The notes under the pieces: generated by a model
Database searches by the model: none
What the model saw: the letters and a program-made list of their open reading frames with translations, nothing else
Told to the model about the DNA's origin: nothing
Translations under genes and position numbers: made by a program
Assembly: GCA_963784255.1 (NCBI GenBank)
Contig: CAWAQO010000009.1
Location: forward strand, 346,545 to 410,544
Source: an uncultured Acidimicrobiia bacterium
Lineage (GTDB): Bacteria > Actinomycetota > Acidimicrobiia > Acidimicrobiales > Ilumatobacteraceae
Length of the DNA: 64,000 nucleotides
Reading direction: 5' to 3'
Shown: piece by piece, positions 55,468 through 64,000 of the stretch
Layout of the letters: every line of letters begins with the position of its first letter
Position numbering within the stretch: the stretch's first letter is position 1

Positions 55468-56685
55468 GTGGGCGATCTGTTGCTGCGGGACGTTCGGCCG
55501 TGGCCACGCGAGCCCGGTGATCGCCCGGTCGACGTCTTGATCCAAGATGGCCGGATCGCTACTGGCGAGGCGTCTGCGGGTGTGCCGGTCGCTGACGGTA
55601 GGGGCGGTGTGCTGCTGCCGGCGTTCGCTGATGCGCACGCCCATCTCGATTCGACCCGCCTCGGGTTGCCGTTTCGCCCTCACACCGCCGGGGTGGGCCT
55701 TGCGGCGTTGATCAGCAACGATCGTGCGAACTGGCGCAGCGCTGAGGGGTCGGTCAGCGAGCGGGCGACGAGGACGCTGGGGGCCACGATCGCCTCTGGC
55801 GCGACGACGGTCCGGAGCCATGTTCAAGTCGACACCGACTGTGGGCTCGCGCGGCTGGAGGGAGTGCTGGCCGCCCGGCAGGCGCACGCCGGGCGGGCCG
55901 ACGTGCAGGTGGTCGCGTTCCCGCAGTCCGGCATTCTTCGCGACCCGGGAACCGCAGACTTGCTCGACGCCGCAGTGCGGGCTGGCGCCGACGTCGTCGG
56001 CGGGCTCGATCCGTGCGGCTACGACCGTGATCCGGTCGCCCATCTCGACGTCGTGTTCGGCATCGCCGAACGACACGGAGTCGGCGTCGACATCCACCTC
56101 CACGAGACCGGTGAGCTCGGCGCGTTCACGTTCGAGCTGATCGCTGAACGCACGGCCGCGCTCGGGATGCGAGGTCTGGTGACGATCAGTCACGCATTCG
56201 CGCTCGGCACGGTGGACGCGAGCCGTCAGGCGGCGCTGATCGAGCTCCTCGCCACCGAGGACATCGCGTTGACGACGGTGGCGCCAGGCAACCGCGAGCC
56301 GCTCCCCCTGCTGGCGCTTCGGGATGCCGGAGTCCGTGTCGGGCTGGGCCAAGACGGAATTCGGGACTACTGGTCACCGTACGGCAACGGCGACATGTTG
56401 GAGCGATCCTGGCAGCTCGCCTTTCGCAGCGGGTTCCGCCGCGACGATCTCGTCGAGCTGTGCGTCGACGTGGCGTCGCGCGGCGGGCGAGCGATCGTTG
56501 GCGCGACGCCCTGGTCGCGAGCGGCGCTCACCGACGACGATCTCACCGGTCTGGCTCCCGGTGCTCGCGCCGACCTCGTCGTGGTCGCCGCCGACACCGT
56601 CAGTGCCGCTGTGATGGACCATCCACCCCGCACCCTCGTCATCCGTGGCGGCGACGTGATCGCCCGCGCCGGCGGGCTGTGCTGA
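55468..56685 (+). CDS. Amidohydrolase (cytosine-deaminase-like) family protein
   Basis: ORF 55357..56685 with GTG 55468 (VGDLLLRDV...). It has the metal ligands FADAHAHLD, ...DIHLHE... and ...GLGQDG.... Confidence 0.85.
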   Translation: MGDLLLRDVRPWPREPGDRPVDVLIQDGRIATGEASAGVPVADGRGGVLLPAFADAHAHLDSTRLGLPFRPHTAGVGLAALISNDRANWRSAEGSVSERATRTLGATIASGATTVRSHVQVDTDCGLARLEGVLAARQAHAGRADVQVVAFPQSGILRDPGTADLLDAAVRAGADVVGGLDPCGYDRDPVAHLDVVFGIAERHGVGVDIHLHETGELGAFTFELIAERTAALGMRGLVTISHAFALGTVDASRQAALIELLATEDIALTTVAPGNREPLPLLALRDAGVRVGLGQDGIRDYWSPYGNGDMLERSWQLAFRSGFRRDDLVELCVDVASRGGRAIVGATPWSRAALTDDDLTGLAPGARADLVVVAADTVSAAVMDHPPRTLVIRGGDVIARAGGLC

Positions 56686-56734
56686 GACGTCAAAGCATTC
56701 GTGCCAATGGGGCGACCTGATCGCTGGCGATGAC

Positions 56735-56779
56735 GTGGTGGGGGTGGCCCGAGCGGGCGAGCGGGCCACCCCACACCAC
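56735..56779. terminator. Long GC-rich hairpin between convergent genes
   Basis: gtggtgggggtggcccg(agcgggcgag)cgggccaccccacaccac forms a stem of about 17 bp with one bulge. It lies between the stops at 56685 (+) and 56787 (-). Confidence 0.6.
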
Positions 56780-56786
56780 GTTGCCG

Positions 56787-57010
56787 TCACGATGGCGGCT
56801 GAACCTCCGTCATCCGGAGGGCGGCGATGACGGAGGCGATCGGGTGCGGGTCGTCGGCCTCGGCGTGCTCGACGATCCACACCAACGAGCGTTTCGACAG
56901 GCGGTGATGATCCCGCCACTCGTGCACGATCAGCGGATGCAGCTCCACGACGAGTCCCCTCGAGCCTGCGATGCGGTTCGCGTCCAGGGTCCGGGGAGCG
57001 CTTGCCTCCA
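56787..57010 (-). CDS. Hypothetical small protein
   Basis: ATG 57010 within ORF 56787..57134 (MEASAPRTLDANRIAGSRGLVVELHPLIVHEWRDHH...). GC3 bias supports coding. No family recognised. Confidence 0.4.
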
Positions 57011-57132
57011 TGATTGCTCGTCGTCGTCGCTCTCGTCCAGGGTCGGCCGAGAGATGTCGAGATCGGTCGGTCGACTCCGTCCCAGGGGTGAGCGCGGCCA
57101 CAATGGACCGCCCATCCCAAGGAGCACCGATC

Positions 57133-57540
57133 ATGGCGAAGTACCTGCTACTGAAGCATTACCGAGGCGCCCCGAGTGGCGTCAACGATGTGCCGATGGA
57201 CCAGTGGACACCCGAGGAGGTCGACGCCCACGTGCAGTACATGCGGGACTTCGCCGACCGACTGACGGAGTCCGGCGAGTACGTTGACGGTCAGGCGCTG
57301 TCGCCGGATGGGATGTGGGTCCGCTCCGACGGCGCCGGCAAGCCGCCGGTGACCGACGGCCCGTTCGCCGAAACGAAGGATCTGGTCGCGGGCTGGATGG
57401 TCATCGATGTCGAGAGCGAGGAGCGGGCGATCGAACTCGCCGGCGAGCTCTCGTCCGCACCTGGCGCCGGTGGAGCGCCGATCCACGAGTGGCTCGAGGT
57501 CCGACCGTTCCTCGAGTTCGCACCGACCGTCACCGAGTGA
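57133..57540 (+). CDS. YciI (YCII-related/DGPF) family protein
   Basis: ATG 57133 follows AAGGAG. The protein reads MAKYLLLKHYRG...VTDGPFAETKDLVAGWMVIDVESEERAIELA.... It is the standard partner of the following sigma gene. Confidence 0.85.
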   Translation: MAKYLLLKHYRGAPSGVNDVPMDQWTPEEVDAHVQYMRDFADRLTESGEYVDGQALSPDGMWVRSDGAGKPPVTDGPFAETKDLVAGWMVIDVESEERAIELAGELSSAPGAGGAPIHEWLEVRPFLEFAPTVTE

Positions 57541-58766
57541 TCCGGACCGACGTGAGCGGGACGGCCGACGTCGATGCACCACTTCTGCGTGCGTTGGCAC
57601 CCGAGGTACTGAACGTCCTCGTCCGTCGCGGCGCCGATTTCGCGACGGCCGAGGACGCCGTCCAGGACGCGATCCTCAAGGCCCTCACGGCCTGGCAGAA
57701 CGACCCGCCCCGTGATCCGAAGGGATGGCTGATCACGACGGCGTGGCGCGCGTTCATCGACCTCGCCCGCTCTGAGTCGGCCCGACGAGGCCGAGAGCTG
57801 CGCGTCGACGCGGAACCACCGGCGGGCGAGGTGGCGAGCATCGACGACACACTCCGGCTGTACTTCCTGTGCGCGCACCCGGCACTCACCCCGGCCTCGG
57901 CGGTGGCGCTGACGCTGCGTGCCGTGGGCGGCTTGACCACCGCTCAGATCGCCCAGGCCTACCTTGTGCCCGAGGCGACGATGGCTCAGCGCATCAGCCG
58001 GGCCAAGCGAGCCGTGAGTGACCTCGACCTCGACCAGCCACGAGACCTGGCGACGGTGATGCACGTGCTCTACCTGGTCTTCAACGAGGGGTACTCCGGT
58101 GATGTCGACCTCGCCGCTGAGGCGATCCGCCTCACGCGGCAGCTCGCCACGATGACCGACGACCCGGAGGTCGCCGGTCTGCTCGCCCTGATGCTCCTGC
58201 ACCACGCTCGCCGTTCTGCTCGGACACGGCCCGACGGAAGCCTGGTGACGTTGGCCGAGCAGGATCGCAGCCGCTGGGACGTGGCGCTGATCTCGGAGGG
58301 GGTCGCGAGGCTGCAATCGGCGCTCGCGCGAGACCAGCTCGGCCCGTATCAGGCCCAAGCCGCGATCGCCGCGCTCCACGCGGATGCACGACGTGTGGAG
58401 GAGACTGATTGGGTTCAGATCGTCGGCTGGTATGACGAGCTGCTCCGGCTCACCGATACGCCGGTCGTGCGGCTCAACCGAGCCGTCGCAGTCGGTGAGG
58501 CCGACGGGGCTCCGGCCGGGCTCGCGGCGTTGGCCGAGGTTGCCGACGACGTCCCGCGTCGCAGCGCCGTCGCCGCCCACCTCCACGAGCGCAACGGTGA
58601 TCTCCGCACCGCGGCGCGCCTGTACGCCGAGGCCGCTCGCGACGCCCCGAGCCTGCAGGAACGCGCCCACCAGACCCATCAGGCCGCACACGTCAACCAG
58701 CTCCTGCGCGATCCCGGTCCGACACGAGCACACGCGCCACACGGCGACACCTCACCGGAGCCTTGA
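57537..58766 (+). CDS. ECF-type RNA polymerase sigma factor with long C-terminal (DUF6596/TPR-like) domain
   Basis: GTG 57537 overlaps the upstream stop (GTGA). Motifs are AEDAVQDAILKAL, ...LTLRAVGGLTTAQIAQAYLVPEATMAQRISRAK... and ...LYLVFNEGY.... Confidence 0.88.
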   Translation: MIRTDVSGTADVDAPLLRALAPEVLNVLVRRGADFATAEDAVQDAILKALTAWQNDPPRDPKGWLITTAWRAFIDLARSESARRGRELRVDAEPPAGEVASIDDTLRLYFLCAHPALTPASAVALTLRAVGGLTTAQIAQAYLVPEATMAQRISRAKRAVSDLDLDQPRDLATVMHVLYLVFNEGYSGDVDLAAEAIRLTRQLATMTDDPEVAGLLALMLLHHARRSARTRPDGSLVTLAEQDRSRWDVALISEGVARLQSALARDQLGPYQAQAAIAALHADARRVEETDWVQIVGWYDELLRLTDTPVVRLNRAVAVGEADGAPAGLAALAEVADDVPRRSAVAAHLHERNGDLRTAARLYAEAARDAPSLQERAHQTHQAAHVNQLLRDPGPTRAHAPHGDTSPEP

Positions 58767-60764
58767 CAGGAACGTCGTCCCGCCAGGGAGCCTCGACTCC
58801 GACGACGGGGAGAGGCAGGTGGAGGCGGACGGCGCGCTGGCGAGTCGTTGCTGGATCCAGTCGAAGCCGTCGGTGGTGGCGATCAGCCAGGAGGCGTCGT
58901 GATCACCACCTTCGATGACTCGTAGCTCGACCTCCTGGCCGAGCGTGCACATCCGCTCGTGCATCTGCTGGACGGCTTCGACGGGGAGGAAGTCGTTGGT
59001 GCCGTGGACGATCAGGATGGGCGCGTCGACGCGGACCTGGCCGGGGTTGTTCTCGTCGAGGATGGTGGTCCAGGCCTCGACCGACCCGAGTGGCTGCAAG
59101 AGCTCGGCGGGGTCGCGTGTCGGCGAAGTGGGCGAGCACATCCTCGGCGCACTGCTCATCGACGATGCCGAGCGCGGCCTGCCCGGCCGGGGTGAGCACT
59201 GACGACGGCTGCAGTTCGGGGTAGGCGGCGGTGTAGCCGGCGATCGTCAAGAGGATGTATCCCTTCGCAGGACCTGTCTCGAGCGTCTCGCCAGTCGCCG
59301 TCAGATCGGCGGGGACGCCGGCGGCGACGGTGCCGATGAGTTCCAGTTCGAGGCGCCCATCGGGCGGCGAGTTGCGCCGCCCACAGCGCGGCATGGGCGC
59401 CTTGGGAGTGGCCCCAGATCGCCAACTGGTCGCCGGCCGCGGCGCCGGGGAGTTGGCGGGCCGCTTTGGCGGCGTCGAGCACGCTGCGACCTTCACTCTC
59501 ACCGAAGAAGGTAGGGATGGCGGCCGGGGGTGCCCAGTCCTTCGTAGTCGGTGACGGCCACGAGGTAGCCCGCGTCGATGAACCGGGCCTGCGCGGCCAG
59601 GTCACGTGAGGGATCGTGCGAAGGTGCGCATTGATCGGCGATGCCGGTCGTGCCGTGGGCGACGCTGAGGATTGGGCGGCCACCGTCTGGCGCCGCGGTC
59701 GAGGGGACGACGGCGGTGCCGGTGACGGCGATCGCCTCGCCGTGGATCGATTCGGACAGGTACATCATCCGCCAGGCAGCGGGCCCGTCTTCGACGTTCG
59801 TGGGGGAACCGTGTAGCTGAACGGTGGTTGGAACTCGGCGGACGTGTACCGGCCCGGTTGCAACGGGCCACGGCAGGATCCGAGGTCGTGCGCACACTCG
59901 CCGGTGGCCGGTTCGGACTCGCGTGCGGCGAAGTCGATGCTGGCCAGCAGCGGCTCGATCAGGGTGTCGAACGCTCTCCAGATCGGTGCCGAGATGCTCG
60001 AAGGGGTCGACGGCGATGAGCACCGTGCCGGCGCCGTCGGCAGTTGTCAGCAGCATCATCCGGGCCCGGTCGCCGCGGGTGACCAGCCGCCAAGCGAACC
60101 CGAGATGCGGCGGTGCGAACACGTCCACGCACACGTCCCCCGCCGGGCACAACGCCGGTGCGTTCGTCGACTCCGACGCGACGGCGATGTCGACCTCGAA
60201 ACCGTCGAGACCGCCGACGGAGACCGGTTTCGGGTTGCTCGCGTCGAGCTCGGGGTGCCCGGCGAGCCAGGCCGCCAGCTCGTGGGCCGACCGTCCGACC
60301 GTCTCGTCGGGGACGGGTCGGTCGACTCGTTCGGGTCGGACGGCGACCGGGTCCCGCCACAGGACGACCTCACCGCTGATCGTGCCCGAGGTCTGGAGGC
60401 CGAACGCATCGGGTGCGTCTCCGACGTTCGACCAGCCGCCGAACACGTCGATCGGCTCGTAGCGCAGCAGCGTTCCCGGTTCGCCGGCGGGCAGTGGCTC
60501 CGGAACGGCGTAGAAGTCTGCGCCTTCGAAACGGACGGGTCCGCCCGGTGGGTCTGCCGCGGTGATCGGCGGCTCGAAGGTGTCAATCGGCCGCGCGGCG
60601 GTGTCGTCGGAAGGCGGCGTGGCCTCCATCGGGTGCGTCGCCACTGCTGAGCCGCTGATCTGCGGCGATGGTGTGGCCGGCTCGCCGTTGTCGTCGTCGC
60701 TGCACGCGGCCACCGCCAGCAGCGCCACCAACACGAGGCCAGCACAGCGATGTCGAACGCCCAT
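58752..60764 (-). pseudogene. Lipoprotein with C-terminal secretory-lipase-like alpha/beta hydrolase domain; at least 5 frame breaks
   Basis: ATG 60764 opens MGVRHRCAGLVLVALLAVAAC (lipobox). The sequence is pieced from ORFs 59499..61037, 59156..59683, 58903..59502 and 58752..59159 plus an unlisted frame. Motifs are ...AVTGTAVVP...SVAHGTTGIADQCAPS..., the nucleophile IWGHSQGAHAAL and ...ILIVHGTNDF.... Breaks lie at about 59971, 59803, 59505, 59362 and 59114. Confidence 0.7.
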
Positions 60765-60805
60765 GTTGTCGCTCCGTCGTCGAGCAACGGCGCTTCTCGG
60801 CGTTG

Positions 60806-61423
60806 CTACGAGCACGGCGTCCTCGCCGTGTCGGATGGCGTCGAGGCGCTGGGCCGTCGTCCCGTCAGGTGGAGCAGCCGGGCTTGGGGCGAGGCGTCGG
60901 CAGGCGTCTCGGCGGGCGCCGGGGCGAAGGACCCGCGTACGCGGCCCGCCTCGAGGGTGTCTCGTCGGGCGAGCGCGAAGGCGACGGCGTCGGCGTCGAG
61001 TGACTCGTCGGCGCCGATGGAGCGGGCGAGGTCCCACGTGTGCACGGTGATGTCGAGCACTCGCATCGCGAGCAGTTGAGCGCCGGTGCGTTCGCCGGTC
61101 GGGTGGTGGGTCGGGCGTGTCAGCGCACCTGGCTCGCAGAAGGCGGCGCGCAACTCAGCCGTGGTTGCACCGAACGATGAAGCCGGGTCGTCGCCCAGGT
61201 GGTCGGCCGTGCGGGTGGCGTCGACCTCGTCCGCCGTGGCGCCGTGGAGCAGCATCGTGTAGCGCCTGTTCGCGCCCACCACGTGGTTCACGAGGGCTTG
61301 GACGTCCCACTCCGTACAAGGAGTGGGTGCGATCCACTCGTGGGGCTGCACGAGCGCGAGGCGCAGCGCGAACGCGTCGCTCGTTCGAGTCAGCAGGTCG
61401 ATGGGCCGGCAAGGTGTGTCCAC
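60806..61423 (-). CDS. DinB-like / mycothiol-dependent maleylpyruvate isomerase N-terminal domain (TIGR03086-like) protein
   Basis: GTG 61423 within ORF 60806..61831. It has ...PTPCTEWDVQALVNHVVG... and ...DITVHTWDLARSIG.... Confidence 0.75.
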   Translation of the reverse strand: MDTPCRPIDLLTRTSDAFALRLALVQPHEWIAPTPCTEWDVQALVNHVVGANRRYTMLLHGATADEVDATRTADHLGDDPASSFGATTAELRAAFCEPGALTRPTHHPTGERTGAQLLAMRVLDITVHTWDLARSIGADESLDADAVAFALARRDTLEAGRVRGSFAPAPAETPADASPQARLLHLTGRRPSASTPSDTARTPCS

Positions 61424-61803
61424 TCGTCTACCCGCCCGCTCAGGTGCGCGTTGGCGTGAGTGGTGCGGACGTCTCGGCCGGCGACGGCATCGGCGACGGC
61501 TCGGCGCAGCGTCAGCGCGCAGGCTCCGAAGCCGGCGACGGCAAGCGCGACGCCCACGGCATCGACGCGCGACTGGCGTGCCCCGGCGACGCAGGCGACG
61601 AACAGGACCGCCGCAACGAGCAGCAACAACGGGGCGTCGAACAGCAGCGCCCGTCGCATCGCCGAGAGGTCGCTCGCCGCATCGGCAACCTGATCTGCTG
61701 CCCCGCCGACGCTGACGGGCGTCAGCAGGGCTTGTGCCAACAGGGCGGCGGGGCCGATCACCAGGCACCCAACTCCTGCCCACGTCGTCAACTTCGTTGT
61801 CAT
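61390..61803 (-). CDS. Hypothetical membrane protein
   Basis: ATG 61803 follows AGGAGGGA, within ORF 61390..61974 (MTTKLTTWAGVGCLVIGPAALLAQALL...). There are four hydrophobic segments. Confidence 0.6.
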   Translation of the reverse strand: MTTKLTTWAGVGCLVIGPAALLAQALLTPVSVGGAADQVADAASDLSAMRRALLFDAPLLLLVAAVLFVACVAGARQSRVDAVGVALAVAGFGACALTLRRAVADAVAGRDVRTTHANAHLSGRVDEWTHLAGPSTC

Positions 61804-61840
61804 CGTTGCTCCCTCCTGGTTCGCGTGACACCAGCCGCGA

Positions 61841-62299
61841 TCAACGTCCACGCGTGCGGGAATCGGACACGAGCTGCTGGAGGACCTCGCCGGCGTTCGT
61901 TGATCCCAACGGATCGGCGTGACGGTGCACCACCTTCCACTCGCCGTCCTCCTGGCGGAACACGGTCGTGACACGCAGCACGTACGCCGAGGGTGGGCCT
62001 CCGTTGACGGACGCCGTGGTGTGCTCGAAGGCGACCGTGTAGGCGAGGCCGTCGCTGGCGGCTGCCGCGATGACCTCGACGCTGTAGGAGCTGCAGTCGG
62101 AGAACGATGCGCCGAGACGCCGGAAGATCGGTTCGATCTCGTCCCAGCCGGACCCGCCCATGACCCCGCCGAACAAGGTCACTGAGCGGTCGTGGGACCA
62201 CATCGCCATCCGCGGCCCGGCATCGCCGTCATGGAGCGCCGTTTCCGCGTGGCGCAGTCGCGGCAGCGTCGTGGCGAGGAACGCATCGGTCTGATCCAT
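61841..62299 (-). CDS. NTF2-like (SnoaL/DUF4440) domain protein
   Basis: ORF 61841..62299 has ...RVTTVFRQEDGEWKVVHRHAD..., typical of the fold. Confidence 0.75.
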   Translation of the reverse strand: MDQTDAFLATTLPRLRHAETALHDGDAGPRMAMWSHDRSVTLFGGVMGGSGWDEIEPIFRRLGASFSDCSSYSVEVIAAAASDGLAYTVAFEHTTASVNGGPPSAYVLRVTTVFRQEDGEWKVVHRHADPLGSTNAGEVLQQLVSDSRTRGR

Positions 62300-62317
62300 G
62301 TTCCACCTCCAGATCGT

Positions 62318-62336
62318 ATTAGATGGCAGATCTAAT
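62318..62336. promoter_or_regulatory. Inverted repeat in the TetR-divergent intergenic region (candidate operator)
   Basis: attagat-ggcag-atctaat lies in the AT-rich 53-nt gap between divergent starts at 62299 (-) and 62353 (+). Confidence 0.5.
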
Positions 62337-62352
62337 AGAATAGATTCGGAGT

Positions 62353-62988
62353 ATGATTGGGTCGATGGCTGATGTCAAGCGTCCGTACCGCACGACGATC
62401 CGACACGGGGACGCGCCGGAGCTGATCTGCGCCGCCGGCTACCGGCTGTTCTCCGACAAGGGCTACCTGGCGACGTCGATCGAGGACATCGCCGCCGAGG
62501 CCGGCGTCGCCCGGCCGACGATCTTCACTGCCGTCGGACCGAAGGCGACCATCCTGCGCCTCGTCGTCGATCAAGCCCTGGCCGGCGACGACGCACCGGT
62601 CCCGATCGCCGAGCGACCGTGGTGGCGCGAGGCCATCGACGAACCCGACCCAGTGCGGTCGATCGAACTGCACGCCCGCAACATGTGCCTGATCAACCAG
62701 CGCGCGGCACCGGTGCTACGCGCCCTCGAGACCGCAGCGTCCGTCGACGCCGAAGCCGGCGAGGTCTGGGAGCAGTTCCAGCAGCAACGCCGTCAGGGCC
62801 TCAACGAGTTCGCCGTCACGTTGACGCGCAAGACGACCCGCGTCCGGTACGACGAGAGCACCATCACCGACACCCTGTGCATGCTGGCAGCAGACGCCTA
62901 CCTCCGGCTCGTCCGCGACGCCGGCTGGCCGACGGACCGCTACCAGGACTGGCTCACCGACGTCCTCCTCCGCCTCTTCCTCGACTGA
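62353..62988 (+). CDS. TetR/AcrR family transcriptional regulator
   Basis: ORF 62353..62988 has the HTH ...LFSDKGYLATSIEDIAAEAGVARPTIFTAVG.... Confidence 0.9.
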   Translation: MIGSMADVKRPYRTTIRHGDAPELICAAGYRLFSDKGYLATSIEDIAAEAGVARPTIFTAVGPKATILRLVVDQALAGDDAPVPIAERPWWREAIDEPDPVRSIELHARNMCLINQRAAPVLRALETAASVDAEAGEVWEQFQQQRRQGLNEFAVTLTRKTTRVRYDESTITDTLCMLAADAYLRLVRDAGWPTDRYQDWLTDVLLRLFLD

Positions 62989-64000
62989 ACACGCCACTTG
63001 GCGAGGCCTTCGAGGACCGCAACGGCAGCGGTGGTGTCAGGGAGGGCGGCCATTTCGGCAGCGATCGCCGCCGCGCCGGCACGGTAGGCGGGGTCGCTGA
63101 AGGCTGCGGTGACCGCGGCCGGGAGCTCGACGGCCGCCCTCGGACCGCCGCCGAGGTGGATGCCGGCGCCGACGCCTGCGACCCGCTCGGCGTTGACCGC
63201 TTGGTCGAAGGCGAACAGCGGCACGACGACCAGGGGCACGCCGGCGGCCAGCGCCATCATCGTCGTACCGAAGCCGCCGTGACCGACGACGGCCGCCGCG
63301 TGAGCCATGACGTCGGCCTGCGGCCACCACTGCTCGACATGGGCGTTGGCCGGCCACGGCTCGAGTGACGCCGGATCGATGGCCGAGCCCGTCGTCATCA
63401 GCACGCGAAGCGGCACGTCGGCCAGGGCCGCCAACGTTGCCGGGTACATCGCGGCGAACGGCTCGAGGCTGGCGGTCACGGATCCGAACGAGACGTAGAC
63501 CAGCGGAAGCTGTGGGTCACCCCACGATGGGGGCAGCGCGCCAGTCTCGCCGCGCCGGTTGGCGTCCCGGAACCGCCACCGCGGTCCGCGCCCGGATGTG
63601 TCCCGCCGCTGCCGGCCGTCCATCGGTACGTCGAGGCTCGCCGGGACGCATGTCAGCTCCGGTGTGCGCACCATCGTCGCAAAGGCCCGGTCGGCGGGCA
63701 GGCCAGCCAGCACGCTCAGCTCGGCGAGTGGCTCGGACAGGATCGGCCACGCCGTCTCGAACGTGCCGACCATGCCGATCGCCACTTGCACCTGGGCGAT
63801 TCCGGCGCGCTCGGCGGCAACCAGCGAGGCGAACTCGGCCGGTTCCCTCACGACGAGATCGGGTCGCCAGCTGTCGATCACTGCCATCACGCCCGGGAGG
63901 GCGGCCTGGGCGTCGAGGCGGCCACAGATCTCTCCGATCACCGTCGCGTTGGCCTCCTCCAACGGGAGCTCGGGAAGGCGGCCGAAGATCGGGCCCATCA
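62940..64000 (-). CDS. GT1-family (UDP-glycosyltransferase, MGT/OleD-like) glycosyltransferase, 5'-truncated by the window edge
   Basis: ORF 62940..63998 has ...PLVYVSFGS... and the UDP-sugar motif ...AAVVGHGGFGTTMMALAAGVPLVVVPLFAFDQAVNA.... The N-terminus lies beyond 64000. Confidence 0.85.
   Translation of the reverse strand, partial: MGPIFGRLPELPLEEANATVIGEICGRLDAQAALPGVMAVIDSWRPDLVVREPAEFASLVAAERAGIAQVQVAIGMVGTFETAWPILSEPLAELSVLAGLPADRAFATMVRTPELTCVPASLDVPMDGRQRRDTSGRGPRWRFRDANRRGETGALPPSWGDPQLPLVYVSFGSVTASLEPFAAMYPATLAALADVPLRVLMTTGSAIDPASLEPWPANAHVEQWWPQADVMAHAAAVVGHGGFGTTMMALAAGVPLVVVPLFAFDQAVNAERVAGVGAGIHLGGGPRAAVELPAAVTAAFSDPAYRAGAAAIAAEMAALPDTTAAVAVLEGLAKWRVQSRKRRRRTSVSQSW

Noticed and set aside
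747-59971. Programmed ribosomal frameshifting as an explanation for the frame breaks.
   Set aside because: The breaks hit unrelated enzyme families at arbitrary internal positions. They show no shared slippery heptamer or downstream structure, and several occur more than once per gene. Indel error or fresh mutation is far more parsimonious.
60765-61037. The N-terminal extension of ORF 59499..61037 upstream of ATG 60764.
   Set aside because: The extension is Arg-rich junk overlapping the 3' end of the DinB-like gene in another frame. ATG 60764 gives a canonical lipoprotein signal peptide.

Overview
Very GC-rich sequence with strong GC3 codon bias, from an Actinomycetota chromosome. Markers for that assignment are the mycothiol amidase mca, LLM/F420-type oxidoreductases, WS/DGAT and a tmRNA carrying the G3:U70 pair. 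I can support about 75 tightly packed protein genes, many translationally coupled through ATGA/GTGA overlaps. Fatty-acid and lipid metabolism dominates: 4 acyl-CoA synthetases, 5 acyl-CoA-dehydrogenase-family genes, an enoyl-CoA hydratase, a thiolase, WS/DGAT, a lipase and a PI-PLC-like gene. Also present are a MoxR-DUF58-VWA operon, two ECF-type sigma modules, and ssrA (tmRNA) at 50084..50470. Downstream of ssrA lies a more patchy region of small-regulator cassettes and gene remnants. I saw no rRNA, tRNA, CRISPR array, transposase or integrase.

Observations that stand out:
1. An orphan Hcp (T6SS tube family) gene at 15912..16403. It converges on a two-gene unit whose first gene (13170..14430) is a leaderless three-module protein: an LQRxxGNxAV N-terminal motif, an OmpA-like peptidoglycan-binding module, and an M35-like Asp-zincin peptidase. 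No other contractile-injection or T6SS genes occur in the window.
2. A family of 52-53 nt palindromic repeats with the same termini (CGTTCTGTCGTT...AACGACAGAACG), present four times, always hugging stop codons. A further perfect 21-6-21 palindrome with related termini sits in a divergent promoter region.
3. About 20 single-nucleotide reading-frame breaks spread over otherwise intact, unrelated genes. This most likely reflects indel errors in the assembly rather than biology.

Start codons and frameshift positions were inferred by eye from codon bias and family-typical sequence, so they are approximate.
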